Under the pieces are notes generated by a model. It was not told the origin of the DNA. It worked only from the letters and a program-made list of their open reading frames with translations, and searched no databases. From Anaerolineae bacterium (lineage in GTDB: Bacteria; Chloroflexota; Anaerolineae; Aggregatilineales; UBA3940), in NCBI GenBank assembly GCA_034435375.1, contig DAOTXR010000048.1, forward strand, positions 16,984 to 80,983: 64,000 nt of DNA, read 5' to 3'. The position numbers and the translations under genes were made by a program. Below, in pieces: positions 49,780 through 58,732 of the stretch; positions within the stretch are counted from its first letter, which is position 1; each line of letters starts with the position of its first letter.

Positions 49780-52700
49780 TTACTTTTCGTCATGCGTTGA
49801 GAACCAATCTTGAGAATCGGCCCCATTTGATGCACGTCGCCTGAGGCTGCGCCAGTATAGCCAGCTCACCACTGCCGCGACGAGTGCAGCCCCAACTAGC
49901 CCTGCCGGCACCACTGGGCTTTGCCGAAGACGCTCGACAAGAATCGGCGGCGCTGGTGGAATCGTGTCAGCAAAATCGGCAGAGGCAGTAGTGAAAGTCC
50001 ACAGCGGGCCGCGTATAGTATCACCCTGTGCATCAGCAGCCTCAACTTGCCAATGGTAGGTGCGCAGCGGATCCAGCTCACTCATTTGAAGTGCAGGCTC
50101 GCTGATTCCCTCGCCCAGGAGAGGTGGATCATCTACCACACCCAGATAGACGCGGTAGGACAGTGGGTTACAGCGGTCAGGCGGCGGTCCCCAGGTCAAC
50201 AGCGGGGTCAGCGAGACGCCATCTCGCAGGTTAGCCGGATCTGGAAACTGCGGCTGAGGGGGGAATACTGCTGGGAGGTCTGGCTCGTAGCGCAGCGTGA
50301 GGAGATGGTTAGCTTCAGCCAGATAGATCAGGTCATGGCTGTTCTGTGGCCTCACTGCGACATCACTGGCGTAGCTGCCAAGCCAGTACCCTTGCTCCTG
50401 CGGATTGGCGTTGTCAGTCAGGTCGATCACACGCAGGCCGCATGTGCCATCGGCCACGTATAGCTGGTCGCTGCCAGCTATCCCGCCAAACGCCACGCTT
50501 TGTGCTTCACCCGGCGTATCGACCAGACTCGCCAGGTGGAGTGTACCCTCATCGGTCAGCTCGAGCAGCAAGACGCCCTCTGTGCCTAGCGCCAGCGCCG
50601 CACGGCGGCCATCGGCGGCCAGCGCCAGGCCAAGCGCCTGGGAGTAACCTGAGTCGAAGACCGACAACAAGTGCGGGGCGGACGTGACAGCGCTCACGTC
50701 CAGCACGTCAATGCCACCCTCCCAGCTCACCAACAGGTTATTGCCATCCAACGGCAGCAAGTCGCGGACAAACTGGCCTGAAGCGGAGGTATAGAGAAAT
50801 AAGCTTTGCGGATGAGCTGGTTCAGATACTCCAACCACGAGCAGCCCTCCTCGGTGCAGAGCTAGATAGGCTCGCTGCCCAACCTGCACCGCCTGATCCA
50901 CGGCATCAATGGTCGTGAGCTGGCCCAGGAGCGAGAGAGCTGTGCCATCCCAGGCGACAGTCGCGAGGCCCCCGTCCAGGCTCAACAGCAACCCTCCACT
51001 GCCGGACATTGGCGCGATGTGGCGTCCAGGCGTTGCCAGCGGCAACGAGGCGATCAAGTGCGGGGATGTTGGATGGGAGACATCCCAGGCGGTCAGCGCT
51101 GTGCCGAGTGCAAATAACACACTGCCCTCCCGATACAGGGCGTGGACTGGTTCGTTGTAAAAGGTGCTGCTCGCACCTGATGCAGTCAGGTCGATTAGCC
51201 CCAGACCGTCTGCACCGTAAGCTGCGTAAATCGTCGTGCCATAGACCAAGAATGTCTCGCCGGCTGCCGCGATCCTGCCGACCTGAGTGGCAGCGCCTGA
51301 GGCGAGTGCGCTCACGTCATATAGCCGGATGGCGTCACCGGGGTCAACGGCCCACAACAGTGCATCGACGAAAAAACCATGTGTGGCCACGGCAGTGAGC
51401 TTGCCTGCCGCCAGCACTGCTAGGCGATCGGGGTTGCTCACCAGAAGCCGAATCAGTGTATCGTCGGCTAGACCGTAGACCGTTCGCCCATCCGGGGCGG
51501 TAATCAGGGCATTGGGACGCCGGGCGCTGGTTGTGCTGCGCACGCGGATGCCGCCGGTTGGGTCAGCCAGGTCGACGATCGCCACTTGTCCATCTGCCAG
51601 CGGCAGGTAGGCTCGTCCCATGCTGAGGTTCAGACCCATGGCTGGCGCGGGCGTGCTGATGTGTGACACGGGTAGCAGGTAACGGCGGTCGTAGATGGAC
51701 AGCCCGGCAGCATCGGCGACATAAACAAAACGACTGTCCAACACAACGCCGGTGGCCGGGCCATAGGCGCTATGCTGGGCGAACAGATGTGGTTCGTCTC
51801 CCGCCGCCAGGGTATAGAGCCTTACCCCCTGGTCGCCTGCCGCCACAGCGATGGTATCCCCGTCGAGCGACAGGTCACGCACGGCCAGACCATCAAACGA
51901 CTGGCTTGATAGATGGGGTAGGACATTATCAGCCAGCTCCAGCAATGACCAGCCACCACGGCCCCCCACCAACAAATAGTTACCCTGGACTGAGACCCGA
52001 TGGGCCTCAGGGACGGTGGCGTAGATTCCGGCTGGGATTAGCGCTCCACCCTCGGTCAGGGTATAACGGCGCAGCCCGCCAGTACCAAGTGCCAGGATCA
52101 CCTCACTGCCTGATGACCATGCCCGGTAAGATGAGCCAACCGAAGGAGTGGCATCTGTCTCGATGGGATAGTCAGGAGCAGAGAGGTCCAGCACTTGCAG
52201 CTCAGGTCCATCTCCTGCGCTGCTCACCAACAGGCGATTTCCGACAGCCGAGAGACTACTCACGTGCCCCAAGCCGGTGTACACCCGCACCAGGACTAGG
52301 TTGGCCACAGCCTGGGCATCGAGCATCGCGATGTGGTCACCATCGACCGCATACAGGCGCGAGCCGCTGGCTGCTATGTGCACAGCAGGCACATCAAGGC
52401 GAGCCAGGCGGTTCATCTGGGTGGGTGAGCCTACGTCGGCCACGATGAGGCTCTCTTCTTCGCACAGGTAAGCCTGCCTGTCATTGAGTGTCACGCAGGA
52501 CACACTGTGGCCATCCTCAAGCGGCAGTACGCCAACCAGCGTTGGCAATGCAGATTGGCTGACGTCGACAGCGACCAGTCCGGCAACGCCGCCAGCGACA
52601 AACAATGTTGAGTCGCGGCGCACGATGTCAAGCGCAGGGCCGGGTAGCTGAAAGGTACCCAACAATGTCTCGTTGCGTGGGCCAGCCGGATCGACGACCG

Positions 52701-53949
52701 CCAATCCACTCTCGCCAGTCGCGACATAGAGTGTTTTGCCATCAAAGGCGACCTCGCGGGCTGCTCCTTGCAGTGGAATGCGACGAACCAGACGTGGGCT
52801 GCTCAGATTGGAAACATCGACAATGCCGACACCCTCTTCGCCCAGAGCGACAAACGCCCGGCCCGGCGTCACTTCGATCCCCTGAGGCAACCCAGGGAGG
52901 GCCAGTTGTGATACCTGCAGAGGGCGGTAACGGTTGCCAATGTTCAGGATGCGCAATCCTTGAGCGCCCACCAGATAGAGTGTGTCGCCTTCGATCCACA
53001 GATCGTAGGCTGAGCGCCCGGTCTCGCCGTATATCTGCACCAGCCGATCCGGTGTGACCACCCAAAACACTTTTAGACCGTCATCGGTGTCGGCCACGAA
53101 CAGAAAATCCCCCTGGGCAGCGATACGCCGTCCGTCGTGTAGCGGCTCATATGTGCCTACCAGCCGCTCTGCGCCAGGGGTGGGATCCGCGATCAGTATC
53201 CGTTCGTGGCTGCCGATCGCCAGCAGTGCTCCGACCAGTTCAACCGACTCAGCAGAGGGTATGTGGGGGAGTGTGTTAATCAAGTGAGGCGCGGCAGGGT
53301 TGCCTGTGTCGACCATGTGAACTCCGGCTTCCATCCCGGCCACATAGGCGCGAGTCCCATCGGGTGACAGGACCACGTCAAGCGACGTCCCTGCGAGCCA
53401 CACTGTAGCGACCGAATCGATAGACCCTTGTGAGGTGACGTGCAATACTCGCAGGCCCGCCTGCCTTGCGGCGATGGCTACCAACGTCCCCTGGTCGCCC
53501 GGCAAGGGCTGCACTGAAAATGTCTGCCCACCGCCTGGTGCGAAATCGACCTCCTGTGGCACAGTGTCGTTGCTGGCCACTAAGGTGGCTAGCCCCTCCT
53601 CGGTGAGTGCATAGAAGAGACCCCCTGCCTGCACCAGGTCAAGGATCAAGCCGTGGCCGAGGTCGTGCTGAGCCAGCACGGTGGGCAATTCCCCTGACAG
53701 TTCGATACGTGCCAGCGCCGAGCCTTCGGCGACCAGCAGTGTTCCGTCGATCAGCGGAGCAGCTGCCATGACTATCCCACCTGCCTGGCCTAGTAGCTCG
53801 ACACGTTGTGCATCGATGTAAGTTGGGTTGACGGGCTGTTGCAGCCTGTGACTCCAGACGGCAGACGTCGGTTCAATCAGTGCTGCCAGAACGGTGAGCA
53901 TTAGCACACGTGGAACAAGTCGCAGAAGAAGGCAGTGCAAAGCATTCAT
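49780..53949 (-). CDS. Giant LVIVD-repeat (beta-propeller) surface protein with C-terminal FN3-like domain and membrane anchor
   Basis: 1389 aa. Signal peptide, then many reiterations of the pattern G(L/V)x(I/V)(I/V/L)D(V/L)s..s.P..(L/V) (e.g. GVGIVDVSNLSSPRLV, GLAVVDPAGPRNETLLG, GLRVIDLTDNANPQEQG, GIDVLDVSAVTSAPHLL). Then an FN3-like segment (YRVYLG...YHWQVEAAD...WTFTT) and a TM helix (VVPAGLVGAALVAAVVSWLYW) plus a short tail. Confidence 0.75.
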   Translation of the reverse strand: MNALHCLLLRLVPRVLMLTVLAALIEPTSAVWSHRLQQPVNPTYIDAQRVELLGQAGGIVMAAAPLIDGTLLVAEGSALARIELSGELPTVLAQHDLGHGLILDLVQAGGLFYALTEEGLATLVASNDTVPQEVDFAPGGGQTFSVQPLPGDQGTLVAIAARQAGLRVLHVTSQGSIDSVATVWLAGTSLDVVLSPDGTRAYVAGMEAGVHMVDTGNPAAPHLINTLPHIPSAESVELVGALLAIGSHERILIADPTPGAERLVGTYEPLHDGRRIAAQGDFLFVADTDDGLKVFWVVTPDRLVQIYGETGRSAYDLWIEGDTLYLVGAQGLRILNIGNRYRPLQVSQLALPGLPQGIEVTPGRAFVALGEEGVGIVDVSNLSSPRLVRRIPLQGAAREVAFDGKTLYVATGESGLAVVDPAGPRNETLLGTFQLPGPALDIVRRDSTLFVAGGVAGLVAVDVSQSALPTLVGVLPLEDGHSVSCVTLNDRQAYLCEEESLIVADVGSPTQMNRLARLDVPAVHIAASGSRLYAVDGDHIAMLDAQAVANLVLVRVYTGLGHVSSLSAVGNRLLVSSAGDGPELQVLDLSAPDYPIETDATPSVGSSYRAWSSGSEVILALGTGGLRRYTLTEGGALIPAGIYATVPEAHRVSVQGNYLLVGGRGGWSLLELADNVLPHLSSQSFDGLAVRDLSLDGDTIAVAAGDQGVRLYTLAAGDEPHLFAQHSAYGPATGVVLDSRFVYVADAAGLSIYDRRYLLPVSHISTPAPAMGLNLSMGRAYLPLADGQVAIVDLADPTGGIRVRSTTSARRPNALITAPDGRTVYGLADDTLIRLLVSNPDRLAVLAAGKLTAVATHGFFVDALLWAVDPGDAIRLYDVSALASGAATQVGRIAAAGETFLVYGTTIYAAYGADGLGLIDLTASGASSTFYNEPVHALYREGSVLFALGTALTAWDVSHPTSPHLIASLPLATPGRHIAPMSGSGGLLLSLDGGLATVAWDGTALSLLGQLTTIDAVDQAVQVGQRAYLALHRGGLLVVGVSEPAHPQSLFLYTSASGQFVRDLLPLDGNNLLVSWEGGIDVLDVSAVTSAPHLLSVFDSGYSQALGLALAADGRRAALALGTEGVLLLELTDEGTLHLASLVDTPGEAQSVAFGGIAGSDQLYVADGTCGLRVIDLTDNANPQEQGYWLGSYASDVAVRPQNSHDLIYLAEANHLLTLRYEPDLPAVFPPQPQFPDPANLRDGVSLTPLLTWGPPPDRCNPLSYRVYLGVVDDPPLLGEGISEPALQMSELDPLRTYHWQVEAADAQGDTIRGPLWTFTTASADFADTIPPAPPILVERLRQSPVVPAGLVGAALVAAVVSWLYWRSLRRRASNGADSQDWFSTHDEK

Positions 53950-54211
53950 GCTCTAGGTGAGATATATTCTGTGATAGGTCCACAGAGAGCGCGAGACGCC
54001 AAATCTACAGGTGTCGATACGATGATGATGAAACCCTCCTTGTATCATAGTGGGTCTTTTTCCGGCTGCGCAATCATTCATGCTATCGGGACAGCCGGTA
54101 TATAGCCCTGGCGGATCTGGCTCACACCAACTGAACTGTAACTGAAATCTGACTTTCTGCAAGAATCGCATATAATAGACGACAGAAGCTCATCATCGAG
54201 GAGGTTCCCAC

Positions 54212-54838
54212 GTGGCAGATGACAGCCTGGAGAAAATCGCCGCCGAGGTTTCGGCCTGTACGCGGTGTCCACTCCATAAAGGCCGCACCAGAGCTGTGCC
54301 AGGCGAAGGCCCAGCTACCGCCGAGATCATGTGCATTGGCGAGGGGCCAGGCTTCCATGAAGACCAGTCAGGCCGGCCCTTTGTGGGCGCTGCCGGGAAC
54401 TTCCTGAACGAGCTGCTGGCGAGTGTCGGCCTGAAGCGTGAAGATGTTTTCATCGCCAACGTCGTCAAGTGCCGGCCTCCGGGCAACCGTGATCCGGAAC
54501 CAGGGGAGATCGCTGCATGCCAGCAGTATCTGGACCGGCAGATCGAGCTGATCAATCCCAAGGTGATCGTCACGTTGGGGCGTTACAGCATGGCGCGTTG
54601 GTTTCCCTCAGCACGCATCTCACACATTCATGGGCAAGCGCGGCAGTTCGGCAAACGGCTGGTTGTTCCGATGTATCATCCTGCGGCTGCTTTGCATCAG
54701 CCCAGCCTACATCAGGCAGTGGTTGAGGATTTCAAGAAGCTGCCGGACATCTTGGCCAAGGTTCGCGCTGGCTGGCAGGCCGATCAGGCTGAAGAAGAAC
54801 CTTCCGATGATGGGTTCCAGCAGTTGAGTCTGTTTTAA
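54212..54838 (+). CDS. Uracil-DNA glycosylase, family 4
   Basis: 208 aa. CTRCPL (Fe-S Cys), GEGPGFHEDQSGRPFVGAAG, NVVKCRPP, HPAAAL. The GTG start is preceded by GAGGAGG at 7 nt. Confidence 0.88.
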   Translation: MADDSLEKIAAEVSACTRCPLHKGRTRAVPGEGPATAEIMCIGEGPGFHEDQSGRPFVGAAGNFLNELLASVGLKREDVFIANVVKCRPPGNRDPEPGEIAACQQYLDRQIELINPKVIVTLGRYSMARWFPSARISHIHGQARQFGKRLVVPMYHPAAALHQPSLHQAVVEDFKKLPDILAKVRAGWQADQAEEEPSDDGFQQLSLF

Positions 54839-54925
54839 GGGTGTAAACGGCAGACAATCTGTCTGCTCCCTAAATTGTCGGTTTGTAGCTGTGCACGAAC
54901 ATGCAGAGTTGTGAGGAGCATCGTG

Positions 54926-55087
54926 ATGCCAAACAAGCCCGCTGGAGATGTTCACGCCCCGATTGAGGATACCGAGGTATCACTCGGCCTCAAGGTCCTG
55001 GTTGTCATCATGTTTCTGATCCTGACGGGGATGACAGTTACTGTTGCCCTGACGCTGAGCCAGTCAGGGCTGCTTCGACTGGTCTAG
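54926..55087 (+). CDS. Possible small single-pass membrane protein (53 aa)
   Basis: ATG 54926 is preceded by GAGGAG at 7 nt. Encodes MPNKPAGDVHAPIEDTEVSLGLKVLVVIMFLILTGMTVTVALTL..., one clear TM helix. No homology evidence. Confidence 0.4.
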   Translation: MPNKPAGDVHAPIEDTEVSLGLKVLVVIMFLILTGMTVTVALTLSQSGLLRLV

Positions 55088-55183
55088 AGATCTCCGAGGA
55101 CATGACCAGCTAATCTGGAATGTCTGTAGGCGCGTCTTGTGCTTATGGGGGGTGTGAGATCACCTGACTGGCGTCATTGGCTC

Positions 55184-56614
55184 TCACCGATGACGCGGCA
55201 GGTGATGAGCTGTTTCATCTGTCGGGCGCGGCAGGGGCAGCCACACGAGAAACGTCGCTCCTTGCCCTTCAACGCTCTCTGCATAGATGCGCCCTCCGTG
55301 CGCCACAACGAGTTCCTTGCAGATCGTCAGCCCCAGACCGGTCCCCTTGCGGTCGCCGCGCATCCGTGATTTGTCAACCTGGTAAAATCGCTCAAACACG
55401 CGCTTTAGGTCTCCTTCTGGGATGCCAGGCCCTGTATCTGTCACAGTGACAAGCACGCCCTCATCCTTCTGTCTTGCCCTCACTGTCACCTGGCCTCCTG
55501 CAGGGGTGTGGGTGATGGCGTTATCTAGCAGGTTGGTGAAGACCTGCGCCAGCCTATCGCCGTCTCCAACCACTTGGGGCAGCGGTTCTACCTCGCGGAT
55601 CAGAGCCACATTCCGCTCGCTAGCAGCCAGGGACAGATTGGACAAAACTACGTCGAGCAGCCCGCCCAGGTCTACCCTGGTGCGCCGCAACCTGGTTTGC
55701 CCACTCTCGATGCGGGCCAGATCGAGCAGGTCCTCGACCAGTCGACGCATCCTGCCAGCTTCGTCGTAGATCACAATGGCGGCATGGGTGGGATCGGAGG
55801 CTGCGCCATCCAGGATAGCCTGGGAATACCCCTGGATCGAGGTCAGCGGCGTTTTGAGTTCGTGTGAGATGTTGGCCAGAAAGTCGCGCTGGGTCTGTTG
55901 AGTGCGTTGTACTCGCTCAGCCATGTCATTGAAGGCATGAACCAGCTCGCGCACTTCGCGCGGCCCTTCCTCCGGCGCACGCTGGCTGTAGTCTCCAGCG
56001 GCAATAGCCTGTGCGGCCTGGGCCGCCCGCCGCAGTGGGCGCGCCACCGACACGCTGATCGCGATAGCCAGAATGACCGAGACGATCAAACCAATGAGTC
56101 CTGCCCGGAGCAGTGGCCCCAGGGCATTGTCGCCAAACAACTCAACCAGTCGCGGACGTGTTCGTGGCCTGGCAAAGATGATCTGGCCTATGTTGCGACG
56201 CAGCCGTGGCACGTTCAGGCTGACAAAGAGCCACAGCCGACCTTCTGGATCGCGATAGCTGCCGAATTGCTCAAAGGACTGCTCAGTGCGCCGGACGCTC
56301 CGAAGGTCGATGGTACTGCCGGAAGCGATTTGCCCTGCGCTGTCGAACAGAACCTGGCCACCCTCGCCCACGCGCAGAATGCGGACGTTGTTAGTCGCTG
56401 CAACGGCGGTCAGGTGGCTGTCGATGGAGTCTGAACGGAGATCGATCTGAAGCAGGGTTTCGTGGGCAATGGCGCGCAGTGCCTCGAAGGCGGGAAGGTT
56501 TATCAGAGGGCTACGGGCCAGCAACACAATTAAGGTTATGCTGAAAATGCACAGCATCAGCCCAATGACGAAAAGGTAGGAGATCAGCAGTCGTGTCCGC
56601 AGACTAGCAAACAT
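55184..56614 (-). CDS. Sensor histidine kinase (2 TM, periplasmic loop, HAMP, HisKA, HATPase_c)
   Basis: 476 aa. H-box SHELKTPLTSIQGY, N-box LLDNAITHTP, G-boxes DTGPGIP and GTGLGLTICKELV. Confidence 0.92.
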   Translation of the reverse strand: MFASLRTRLLISYLFVIGLMLCIFSITLIVLLARSPLINLPAFEALRAIAHETLLQIDLRSDSIDSHLTAVAATNNVRILRVGEGGQVLFDSAGQIASGSTIDLRSVRRTEQSFEQFGSYRDPEGRLWLFVSLNVPRLRRNIGQIIFARPRTRPRLVELFGDNALGPLLRAGLIGLIVSVILAIAISVSVARPLRRAAQAAQAIAAGDYSQRAPEEGPREVRELVHAFNDMAERVQRTQQTQRDFLANISHELKTPLTSIQGYSQAILDGAASDPTHAAIVIYDEAGRMRRLVEDLLDLARIESGQTRLRRTRVDLGGLLDVVLSNLSLAASERNVALIREVEPLPQVVGDGDRLAQVFTNLLDNAITHTPAGGQVTVRARQKDEGVLVTVTDTGPGIPEGDLKRVFERFYQVDKSRMRGDRKGTGLGLTICKELVVAHGGRIYAESVEGQGATFLVWLPLPRPTDETAHHLPRHR

Positions 56615-56655
56615 GGCTTCATCCTGGCAGCCATCAGTGCGGTTTGCGCCACCCT

Positions 56656-57054
56656 TTACTCGTCTACCACCTTGGCCTGGCCCTCAATCACATCTGCCTC
56701 GTCGTGCGATATGCGCTTGCTGCCAAGCTCTCGAAGATACTCGCGCACCACATCGGGCGGCGCGGCCTGAACGAACAGATTCAGTGCTAGCAGCATGATG
56801 CCAACATCGTCCAGTGTCCCCAACGGTGCGAGTGGCCCCAGCGCCACTGCTGGAACCAAGTCGATTGGCGATACCAGGTAGACCACTGCCAGCAGCGGGA
56901 TCAACTTGGGCAAAAAGCCCACCCGTCGGTCCCACAGCAGCTTCCAGGTAAGAAGGGAGCGCTCGTACAAAGCACGGATCAAACCGACCCGCTCAGCGGC
57001 TTGGGCGGGATCATGGTGGTCAAGTGGGTACTGGCTGCCTTGTTGCTCTGACAT
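56656..57054 (-). CDS. DUF1232 (YkvA-like) membrane protein
   Basis: 132 aa. KLIPLLAVVYLVSPIDLVPAVALGPLAPLGTLDDVGIMLLALNLF matches the DUF1232 signature (Y..SP.DLIPD...G..DD). Confidence 0.7.
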   Translation of the reverse strand: MSEQQGSQYPLDHHDPAQAAERVGLIRALYERSLLTWKLLWDRRVGFLPKLIPLLAVVYLVSPIDLVPAVALGPLAPLGTLDDVGIMLLALNLFVQAAPPDVVREYLRELGSKRISHDEADVIEGQAKVVDE

Positions 57055-57101
57055 TGAATACCTCTCCTCTCTCTGTCTTGGCTAACACAAGGTACGTGCT
57101 C

Positions 57102-57584
57102 CTACTGTCCAATTGCTCTCAGCAGATTTGTGCCAACCGTCAAGGCCCAGACTGCCCGCTCGTCCCAGCGCAGCACGTATCCAGTGAAGTCCACCAGCAG
57201 CACCAATACCAGCAAGGCCATGCCGATCAGCCAATTGGAGCGGCGACGTTTGTATCCGCCGCTCAACGCCACACGGATCATGTGGAGTGTCACTGTCACG
57301 ACCATCGCTTGTCCGGCCCAGAAATGCAAATTACGGATCAGCCAGCCGTAAGGCACCACATAGGCAACCAGCTTCACGCTGTCGTTAGCTGCTTCCGGTG
57401 TAGGTAGGTAGTAGAATGTCTCCAGGATTCCCGTCACCGCCAGTATTACAAACAGAGCAATGCTGATTGTGCCCAGGTGAAAGGTGTAGGTGAATCGCGC
57501 GGCCGGCTGGGGCGTGCTCGGCATCCGCAGGTGCTCGTAGAAGGTAGGGCGACGCGCCATCGCTACTCTCTCACAGGCCATCAT
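57102..57584 (-). CDS. Cytochrome b, N-terminal fragment (helices A-C only)
   Basis: 160 aa. Helix A GTISIALFVILAVTGILETFYYLP. Helix B RNLHFWAGQAMVVTVTLHMIRVALSGGY (His-x13-His). Helix C FTGYVLRWDERAVWALTVGTNLL, then a stop. The ATGA overlap with the Rieske stop suggests translational coupling. Confidence 0.85.
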   Translation of the reverse strand: MMACERVAMARRPTFYEHLRMPSTPQPAARFTYTFHLGTISIALFVILAVTGILETFYYLPTPEAANDSVKLVAYVVPYGWLIRNLHFWAGQAMVVTVTLHMIRVALSGGYKRRRSNWLIGMALLVLVLLVDFTGYVLRWDERAVWALTVGTNLLRAIGQ

Positions 57585-58039
57585 ACCACGGGCAGCCGGA
57601 ATGTCCCATCCACCAGCTTCGAGCGATCGATGATGAGTTGTCCATCTTCATTCCAGTACATTTGCACAAAGTGCAACGGCTGCGATGCCGGCCCGGCCAC
57701 TACTGCGCCATTCAGTGCAAAGCGGCTTCCGTGGCATCCACAGTCAAAGCCCTGGCCTGCTTCCAGTCGCACGGTGCAACCGAGGTGTGTGCAGGTCGCA
57801 TCGACTGCATAGTAGCCCTCTACATCGCGGAATAGCCATACTCGCCCCTCTTCTATGTATGCTGGGAGGTCGGGCAACGACTCTGGCGCTCCCACGTTGA
57901 TCTGTGTGGCAGCGCGTGCAGGAGGCTCAAAGCCCAAGAAGCGGATTAGCTGGCCGATCCCTACCCCCAACGGGAGAATCCAGGCCAGATTCGCCACCCC
58001 AACCAGAATGTCCCTACGGCAGGCTGGCTTCTCACGCAC
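57581..58039 (-). CDS. Rieske [2Fe-2S] protein
   Basis: 152 aa. RRD-containing N-terminal anchor. Cluster boxes CTHLGC and CGCHGS. Confidence 0.9.
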   Translation of the reverse strand: MREKPACRRDILVGVANLAWILPLGVGIGQLIRFLGFEPPARAATQINVGAPESLPDLPAYIEEGRVWLFRDVEGYYAVDATCTHLGCTVRLEAGQGFDCGCHGSRFALNGAVVAGPASQPLHFVQMYWNEDGQLIIDRSKLVDGTFRLPVV

Positions 58040-58063
58040 AGCGATATTTTCCTCCTTTGGCTC

Positions 58064-58732
58064 CTATCGCAAGGCGGCGCGCACCGTCAGCGCCAGGATA
58101 GCCACGAACAGGACAATGACCACGATCTGCACGGCCCTTCCCTGCCGGTTGAACCACACTGCCACTCCCTCGTTTGACCAGTCGAAGTACGGCAGCAGGG
58201 CCAGCACCAGTAGCACGGCCAGCGGAACCAACACTCCAGCGATGGCAGGCGGCCATACCCGCAGCAGCTCTTGGATCCATAAGAAGATCCAGGGCGCCTG
58301 TGTATGCTCGACCAGCGCGCCCGGCTTGGCGGGCGGCCCCACCGGCGCATCAACCACTGTCGAGAGGACAATGAGCGACGCCAAGGTTAGGAAGAAGATC
58401 AGGACCTCACGCTGGATGAGGACCGCACGAGATACACGCGGCAGCGGCGGTTCACCAACGCCACGCTCTGGGCTGGAGACCCCGCCATCGCGCCGGACAC
58501 GGAAGCCATGCCATACGATCAACAGGAACAGAGGGACAGCGAGACCCATCATGTGCCAGGCGTAAAAGCGCAACAACGTCGTCTCGTTGATGGTTGGCCC
58601 ACCAACCACCAGCCGGTACAAAGCCTCACCGAACGGCATGGTTTCAAGGGGTGTATTGGCAACGCAGGCCGTCATCAGCAGGCTGACGGCTGCCACTACA
58701 GCAATGGTGATACCCTGTCTGGGGTGTAGCAC
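58064..58732 (-). CDS. Cytochrome b, C-terminal fragment (helix D plus subunit-IV-like helices E-G)
   Basis: PFGEALYRLVVGGPTINETTLLRFYAWHMMGLAVPLFLLIVWHGFRV (helix D, His-x14-His), then APWIFLWIQELLR at the PEWY position and two more helices. Start proposed at GTG 58732 (GAGAGG 6 nt upstream). The ORF-track maximum extends to 58882. Confidence 0.8.
   Translation of the reverse strand: MLHPRQGITIAVVAAVSLLMTACVANTPLETMPFGEALYRLVVGGPTINETTLLRFYAWHMMGLAVPLFLLIVWHGFRVRRDGGVSSPERGVGEPPLPRVSRAVLIQREVLIFFLTLASLIVLSTVVDAPVGPPAKPGALVEHTQAPWIFLWIQELLRVWPPAIAGVLVPLAVLLVLALLPYFDWSNEGVAVWFNRQGRAVQIVVIVLFVAILALTVRAALR

Noticed and set aside
53953-54211. Small overlapping ORFs (53953..54171, 54078..54272, 54122..54358) upstream of the LVIVD gene
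   Set aside because: They are mutually overlapping, have no RBS and show odd composition. The region is better explained as the divergent promoter region for the LVIVD gene and udg.
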